From a virus (lineage: Duplodnaviria > Heunggongvirae > Uroviricota > Caudoviricetes), in the IMG/VR virus record IMGVR_UViG_2541047839_000003: 6,204 nucleotides of DNA, one strand, 5' to 3'. The notes under the pieces were generated by a model, which was not told the DNA's origin, ran no database searches, and saw only the letters and a program-made list of their open reading frames with translations. The position numbers and the translations under genes were made by a program. The stretch's first letter is position 1; each line of letters opens with the position of its first letter. Shown one piece after another: positions 1 through 4,144 of this stretch.

Positions 1-1
1 A

Positions 2-604
2 GAACGCCGTGATCTGTTGAATAACGTTCTGCGCATTGGTGGTTTTATGACACCAAAAGGGAAGCCTAAAGTGCCGGAAGCACTGTTTAAAAACATCTGC
101 GACTCTCTCGGCCTAAAAACAGGAAAACGTCGCGGCAGAGATGGCGATAAGCGCCCGACATTGCGTTTTGTTGAGCCTGAGTCTGTAGCATTTATGCTTG
201 ATATTCTTGCGCAACGTCAGGAGGACGGTATGACGTTGAAAGCTCGCAAGGCGGAAAAATCAACGACCGAAGTGGATCGCGATTTGTCATTAAATATATA
301 TATGAATGGTGAAACGCGATCCACAAACACGGTGGAACAGGATTCCCCTCGTTCAGCTATATCACAGGCTTTGGCCGTATTGCCGGTGGCTGTTCCTGAG
401 TCCTGGGCGATGAGTGCGCTTTCCAGTGAGGAGTTGGCCACTATGTCATCATGGTCATCAGCCAGCATAGCTATGACGTTTGCATCCCTGTACCTCACAG
501 AGTTCATGGATCACCTTTCCAGCAATGAGCTGCGGCGGTTACGTGAATACATTACGGGGAATAGCTCATGCAGCTACGAAGAGCAGGGCGCTTTCTATGG
601 GTAA
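2..604 (+). CDS. hypothetical protein, 5'-truncated at the window edge (C-terminal ~200 aa visible)
   Basis: The reading frame is open from position 2 with no stop before the listed 17..604 ORF, so the gene starts upstream of the window; stop TAA at 602-604. Same orientation as the downstream genes. No family recognised. Confidence 0.5.
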   Translation, partial: ERRDLLNNVLRIGGFMTPKGKPKVPEALFKNICDSLGLKTGKRRGRDGDKRPTLRFVEPESVAFMLDILAQRQEDGMTLKARKAEKSTTEVDRDLSLNIYMNGETRSTNTVEQDSPRSAISQALAVLPVAVPESWAMSALSSEELATMSSWSSASIAMTFASLYLTEFMDHLSSNELRRLREYITGNSSCSYEEQGAFYG

Positions 605-788
605 TGAGTGGATATTATCTTTGTGTCTCTTGCTTTGTGTGTTCCAGCAATGGTTTTGGTTCATAGACCGAAAGTCTCACAAGGAAAACATGAAGGCCAG
701 GAAGGCGATGTTTCGTGGTGAACAATTTGCGCAGACTTATCGTATGTGGAAACGTTTCTATCGTGAATTTTCGGTGAACGGGGAGTAA
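597..788 (+). CDS. possible small protein (63 aa from ATG 597, or 32 aa from ATG 690); hydrophobic N-terminal segment, basic C-terminus
   Basis: It is the 3' part of the listed 480..788 ORF. ATG 597 overlaps the end of the upstream gene; ATG 690 is preceded by AAGGA at 681-685. The 597 form would have one hydrophobic stretch (WILSLCLLLCVFQQWFWFI). It could equally be non-coding intergenic sequence. Confidence 0.2.
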   Translation: MGNEWILSLCLLLCVFQQWFWFIDRKSHKENMKARKAMFRGEQFAQTYRMWKRFYREFSVNGE

Positions 789-792
789 AAAT

Positions 793-1119
793 ATGTCTAC
801 TACTGCATTTTTGGACAAACTTGATTACCGTCAGCTGCAGTTCTGCCGGGATGAATGCGAACGACGCATTAGGGCTATCCAGGAGGAAGAAAAAAAGGTC
901 GCCTGGGCTGTAACAGATCGTGGCCTTATCTTTGGCTGGTTCCGTACGGAGGATTATCTGAAAGCAGTGGAATTATTGGCGCGTAAGGCTGCTGAGCGTT
1001 GGGAACGAGCCGACAAGGAAAACCCGGAGACGAAGTATGAACTGAATCTCTACATCGAGGGCAACCGTCTACCATTGTCAGAGTATAACGCTTTGTTTGC
1101 TGATGGTGAGTGGGGTTAA
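793..1119 (+). CDS. hypothetical protein (108 aa), charged and probably cytoplasmic
   Basis: Listed ORF with GGGGAG at 780-785 about 7 nt upstream of ATG 793; stop TAA 1117-1119 lies 2 nt before the next start. No family recognised. Confidence 0.6.
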   Translation: MSTTAFLDKLDYRQLQFCRDECERRIRAIQEEEKKVAWAVTDRGLIFGWFRTEDYLKAVELLARKAAERWERADKENPETKYELNLYIEGNRLPLSEYNALFADGEWG

Positions 1120-1121
1120 AA

Positions 1122-1517
1122 ATGGCTGTTCAATCATACAAATACGAATCCCCTTTGGATAAGGGATACATTCGTATCAAGTTAAGTCGTTCTCAGCATA
1201 AGGCTATTTTTAAGGTAAGGAAAATTCGCATATTGGATGCGTATGCGTATTACTACAACGGTGAAAATGTTGTTGTTGAACACTTTCTTGCACGATGGTT
1301 TGTAGCTCTGATTTTTGTCCCTCTCCTGTTAATTGGTACTTTTGTGGATGGTTTTCCTAGTACATGGCGGGAGATAAAGAAAGGCCTATTCCCGCGTAAG
1401 TACGGCAGATTTTCGCAAGATAGCTGGCGAGTTATACCAGGTAAACATTCTGTGGATGAGCAGCCGATTGTTGATTACTGGTTGAAGCGTATGGCTGATG
1501 CTAAAAAAGTTGATTGA
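1122..1517 (+). CDS. hypothetical small membrane protein (131 aa from ATG 1122)
   Basis: The listed ORF 1110..1517 begins at GTG; ATG at 1122 with a G-rich stretch upstream is the more likely start. One predicted transmembrane helix (WFVALIFVPLLLIGTFV) in a basic protein. Tightly coupled to the upstream 108-aa gene. Confidence 0.55.
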   Translation: MAVQSYKYESPLDKGYIRIKLSRSQHKAIFKVRKIRILDAYAYYYNGENVVVEHFLARWFVALIFVPLLLIGTFVDGFPSTWREIKKGLFPRKYGRFSQDSWRVIPGKHSVDEQPIVDYWLKRMADAKKVD

Positions 1518-1523
1518 ATAGTG

Positions 1524-1565
1524 ATGACTGTTCAAGTTAAACCGTTCTCGGCATATTTTATTTAA
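1524..1565 (+). repeat. degenerate duplicated copy of the 5' end of the 1122..1517 gene
   Basis: ATGACTGTTCAA at 1524-1535 matches ATGGCTGTTCAA at 1122-1133, and 1532-1555 (TCAAGTTAAACCGTTCTCGGCATA) matches 1177-1200 (TCAAGTTAAGTCGTTCTCAGCATA) at 22 of 24 positions. Relative to the full copy, 47 bp between two TCAA microhomologies are missing, which shifts the frame; it reads only 13 codons before a stop. Confidence 0.6.
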
Positions 1566-1606
1566 TGGAATAACATATTATTAATCAAATAGGTTAAGTT
1601 AATATT

Positions 1607-2419
1607 ATGCGTAACAAAAAAACAACAGCTTTATTACTCTCTATCTTGTTATTATCTGGATGCACTTATCAATATGATAATAAGGCATCAACGGACGTTG
1701 AGTATAAATTCGAAAAAGAAAAAAGAGTACCTATCAACTCTGTTGGTGATTTTAGCAGCAAAATACTCACAGGTAAGGAATTTAATAGAATTATTGCATC
1801 AAAGATAGATGATGGTTCATGGCGTGGATATGTCGTTCACTCATTAACATACGCGCCATACAACAACGTTTTAACATCTCAAGGTTTGTCTATCCCTAGA
1901 AGTATCACATACTCAGGAACATATCTTAACCGTGATTTTGTTGAGAATAGCGGTAGTGATAGCGTGATAACATCTCGAGATATGTCTGGATGGTATGGTT
2001 TTCATGTCGATTCCTCTGAAATAACAAAGCATGGAAGCTATGTTGGTGCTAATGCTTTTGGAATATCTGCTGATGTAGAAGTGTTAAATACTTTAGGTGC
2101 CGAAATTATCTTTGGTAGTACACAAATAAATGAAGGGAACCCTGAAACAATATGGGCAGATATTGATATAAAAGGACAAATACCAAAAGATGTTAATGTA
2201 AAAGACCTTAGAATTGAATATTTAGCAAAGATAAATGGGTTAAGCAGTAATCATATTGATATAACATCACCTACTATTTTTAACCCGTCAGATATGAGCC
2301 ATAAAACTCAGGTTTTTATGGGTGAGTTATTAGCCGCGCGCCTAATAAATATTAAAACGGGAGAAATTTATCCAGTACAGCTAGAGTGGGTGTTCCGTTC
2401 GCGTGAGGCTTTCTTATAA
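1607..2419 (+). CDS. lipoprotein of unknown function (270 aa) on an AT-rich insert
   Basis: N-terminus MRNKKTTALLLSILLLSGC has a basic n-region, hydrophobic core and lipobox LSGC with Cys19, followed by Thr at +2. The mature part is rich in S/T/N/G/Y. The gene is visibly much more AT-rich than its flanks. Confidence 0.75.
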   Translation: MRNKKTTALLLSILLLSGCTYQYDNKASTDVEYKFEKEKRVPINSVGDFSSKILTGKEFNRIIASKIDDGSWRGYVVHSLTYAPYNNVLTSQGLSIPRSITYSGTYLNRDFVENSGSDSVITSRDMSGWYGFHVDSSEITKHGSYVGANAFGISADVEVLNTLGAEIIFGSTQINEGNPETIWADIDIKGQIPKDVNVKDLRIEYLAKINGLSSNHIDITSPTIFNPSDMSHKTQVFMGELLAARLINIKTGEIYPVQLEWVFRSREAFL

Positions 2420-2480
2420 CGGAACAATAACATTGTTCATGTTCTGATCGTTTGTTCAAGCAAACTATAAAAACACCTGT

Positions 2481-2500
2481 CCCCGTGACTGGTCACGGGG
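2481..2500. promoter_or_regulatory. perfect 20-bp GC-rich palindrome (operator or hairpin)
   Basis: CCCCGTGAC-TG-GTCACGGGG is fully self-complementary. It sits between the lipoprotein gene and the promoter-like element at 2521 and is not followed by a T-run on the plus strand. Confidence 0.4.
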
Positions 2501-2520
2501 TAAAATGTCTTTGCAAATTA

Positions 2521-2550
2521 TTGACGTGTGCGTCGTTTTGGAGGTAAAGT
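2521..2550 (+). promoter_or_regulatory. candidate sigma70 promoter of the anti-immunity operon
   Basis: TTGACG at 2521-2526, 18-bp spacer, TAAAGT at 2545-2550; predicted start near 2557. A short palindrome GACGtgtgCGTC (2523-2534) overlaps the -35 and spacer. Hexamer matching only. Confidence 0.3.
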
Positions 2551-2610
2551 CACCTCGCTGCGGTAAATCCCGCAGTCGGGACTTCGCAATCCTGGCAAAA
2601 CGAAGCGCAC

Positions 2611-2634
2611 AACACGCGCCAGCGTGTTTTTTTG
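2611..2634 (+). terminator. intrinsic terminator / attenuator in the operon leader
   Basis: Stem CACGC (2613-2617) / GCGTG (2622-2626) with loop GCCA, extendable by two A-T pairs, followed by a run of seven T (2627-2633). It lies inside the leader, upstream of the structured RNA element and the first ORF. Confidence 0.5.
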
Positions 2635-2664
2635 TGTGTATAGACCTGCGCATATCCGAATTAT

Positions 2665-2743
2665 GGTGGCTCAGGTGGGGCTGACTTCGGTCGGGCCGGT
2701 TTCTTCGTTTACCGGTATTGCGAACCCCGCCTGGGCTACCACC
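2665..2743 (+). ncRNA. candidate C4/CI-type immunity antisense RNA (structured ~80-nt element); boundaries approximate
   Basis: A long-range stem closes the element: GGTGG 2665-2669 with CCACC 2739-2743, CAGG 2672-2675 with CCTG 2730-2733, TGGGG 2676-2680 with CCCCG 2725-2729. It encloses two hairpins: CTGAC-TTCG-GTCGG (2681-2694) and CCGG-loop-CCGG (2696-2715). The second loop contains CTTCGTTT (2703-2710), complementary to AAACGAAG (2598-2605) in the leader and, with one G-U pair, to AAACGGAG (2784-2791) over the GGAG of the next ORF. Confidence 0.35.
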
Positions 2744-2799
2744 AATAAAGAGATTCGCAACTCTGGTGGTAGCACGACCAATAAAACGGAGTGCATACC

Positions 2800-2964
2800 A
2801 TGTTCAAATTCAAATTTGCGGCAGTCGTTCGCACAGACAAAAAGTCCCACATTCATCATCTTTCCACTATCGCGTCATCTGAACGGGAAGCTCGTCGCCA
2901 GTTCGCCAGCCGGTTTGTCCTGGTATTGTCTGCCCGTATTCCGGTGCGCGAGGTGGCTGCATGA
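2800..2964 (+). CDS. Icd-like small protein (54 aa), candidate cell-division inhibitor and first gene of the operon
   Basis: ORF MFKFKFAAVVRTDKKSHIHHLSTIASSEREARRQFASRFVLVLSARIPVREVAA, too short for the supplied track. GGAG at 2788-2791 lies 8 nt before ATG 2800. Its stop overlaps the next start (ATGA at 2961-2964). Size, position and the motif resemble Icd-like proteins as I recall them; not verified by alignment. Confidence 0.55.
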   Translation: MFKFKFAAVVRTDKKSHIHHLSTIASSEREARRQFASRFVLVLSARIPVREVAA

Positions 2965-3194
2965 ATCAGGTAAAAATGAACGCTGTTGGCCTGCTGGAAT
3001 CGTTGGATGAACGTCTGGCTCAGGTCTATGCGCTCGTATCATCAGCCCATCGGACAGTCTCCAGCTGTGAGGCGTCGATTTATCTCTCAGAAGCAGGGAA
3101 ACTCCTTCAAATTGCGTGTGAGTTAACACACGAAGCACAGGGGTATTCAGCATCTCTCTCGTCGCAATTGCAGCACAATAAGGAGGCCAAATGA
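2961..3194 (+). CDS. hypothetical small protein (77 aa), middle gene of the operon
   Basis: Listed ORF; GAGGTGG at 2951-2957 precedes ATG 2961. Its stop overlaps the next start (ATGA at 3191-3194). No family recognised; it occupies the position of an antirepressor accessory gene. Confidence 0.55.
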   Translation: MNQVKMNAVGLLESLDERLAQVYALVSSAHRTVSSCEASIYLSEAGKLLQIACELTHEAQGYSASLSSQLQHNKEAK

Positions 3195-3973
3195 GCGCGT
3201 TAGCTGTATTTTCGTTTCAGGAAGAGCATCAGGTTCGTGTAGTGATGATTAACGGTGAGCCGTGGTTTGTGGCTAAGGATGTATGTGATGCTTTAAGACT
3301 CGTTAATTCCCGGAAGGCGCTAATGTCTCTGGATGAGGATGAAAAGGGTGTAACTTTAAGTTACACCCCTGGCGGAGAGCAAAAGCTAAATATTATTTCA
3401 GAGTCAGGTCTATACACCCTGATCCTCCGCTGCCGTGACGCGGTGAAGCAAGGCACAACAGCTTGGCGGTTTCGCAAATGGGTAACGAACGAAGTCTTGC
3501 CCTCTATTCGCAAAAATGGAGAGTACGTTTACATCGAGCCTGAGCCAATGCGAGCAGCGGAGCCGTTGAACTGGAGGCAGAAAGAGTATCTGCGAGGGCT
3601 GATTAACGATATAGCACAAAGTTTTCAGTACCGAAATGCCTGGATTAGCGGTGTATGGTTAGCTTTGCGTCGGGCGTGTCGTAATCCATCCCCGAACCCC
3701 ATAACGGTTGATGATTTGCCAGCAATTACGGCAGAACTGCGCCGGATTTTGACGGCTGCTGAGTCGGCATTGGGGAACATGCGCACGTATGAACGAGAGT
3801 TGTTGCGTGATGTTGTTCGTGGGGGTAGGCGGAGTATGTCGTGTGGTGATTTACCCATCACCGATATTAACTCTGATCTGGAAAAGGCGTTACCCGCGCA
3901 TTTTGAACTGGCAGTTCAAAAACTTGAGCAGTTATCCGCGCAGCTAAAGCCAGCAGAAATCACCAATAAATAG
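3191..3973 (+). CDS. Bro-N domain protein, antirepressor-like (260 aa)
   Basis: N-terminal ~110 aa (FSFQEEHQVRVVMINGEPWFVAKDVCDALRL ... ESGLYTLILRCRDAVKQGTTAWRFRKWVTNEVLPSIRKNGEY) matches the Bro-N signature seen in phage Ant/KilA-type proteins. AGGAGG at 3181-3186 precedes ATG 3191; stop TAG 3971-3973. Confidence 0.85.
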   Translation: MSALAVFSFQEEHQVRVVMINGEPWFVAKDVCDALRLVNSRKALMSLDEDEKGVTLSYTPGGEQKLNIISESGLYTLILRCRDAVKQGTTAWRFRKWVTNEVLPSIRKNGEYVYIEPEPMRAAEPLNWRQKEYLRGLINDIAQSFQYRNAWISGVWLALRRACRNPSPNPITVDDLPAITAELRRILTAAESALGNMRTYERELLRDVVRGGRRSMSCGDLPITDINSDLEKALPAHFELAVQKLEQLSAQLKPAEITNK

Positions 3974-4109
3974 GGTTGACCAGCCCGAATTTATGCCCTT
4001 CTTAGAGAAGGGAAGCCTCGCAGTCGGGGCGGTGATGTCTGTGGTTGCAGCCGCGTTTCCTCCGTTACTTCTGCCCTTTGCAGGGGGCAGGCGAGGTAGG
4101 TCACACAAC

Positions 4110-4133
4110 AAGGCACCGTTAATTCGGTGCCTT
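4110..4133. terminator. hairpin between the convergent ant operon and telN, candidate bidirectional terminator
   Basis: AAGGCACCG (4110-4118), loop TTAATT, CGGTGCCTT (4125-4133): a 9-bp stem 12 nt beyond the telN stop. A T-rich tract follows on the plus strand (TTACTGTATGCTTT) and a U/G-rich tract on the minus strand. Confidence 0.45.
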
Positions 4134-4144
4134 TACTGTATGCT

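Noticed and set aside
217-818. Minus-strand ORFs 217..507 and 615..818
   Set aside because: They are antisense to the longer plus-strand ORF and the intergenic region, with no start context; treated as spurious.
2422-2438. Hairpin GAACAAT-AAC-ATTGTTC after the lipoprotein gene as an intrinsic terminator
   Set aside because: The stem is AT-rich with a 3-nt loop and no following T-run; too weak to call.
2665-2743. Possibility that the ~79-nt structured element is a tRNA gene
   Set aside because: No 7-bp acceptor stem, no T-loop GTTCRANYC motif and no D-arm or anticodon-arm geometry; it is tRNA-like at most, which fits an RNase P-processed immunity RNA.
2624-3010. Listed 128-aa plus-strand ORF spanning the leader and the Icd-like region
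   Set aside because: It would start inside the terminator T-run and run through a region better explained by a structured RNA and the out-of-frame 54-aa ORF, which has its own ribosome-binding site and a coupled stop/start with the next gene.
2465-3153. Minus-strand ORFs 2465..2653, 2671..2859 and 2875..3153
   Set aside because: They are short, antisense to the promoter, leader and operon on the opposite strand, and have no convincing ribosome-binding sites; most likely chance ORFs in GC-rich sequence.
3410-3861. Minus-strand ORFs 3410..3619 and 3625..3861
   Set aside because: They lie entirely inside the confidently called Bro-N gene on the opposite strand.
2571-4028. Exact 10-nt direct repeat CGCAGTCGGG at 2571-2580 and 4019-4028
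   Set aside because: Several exact 10-mer matches are expected by chance in a 6.2-kb window, and the flanks do not extend the match convincingly.
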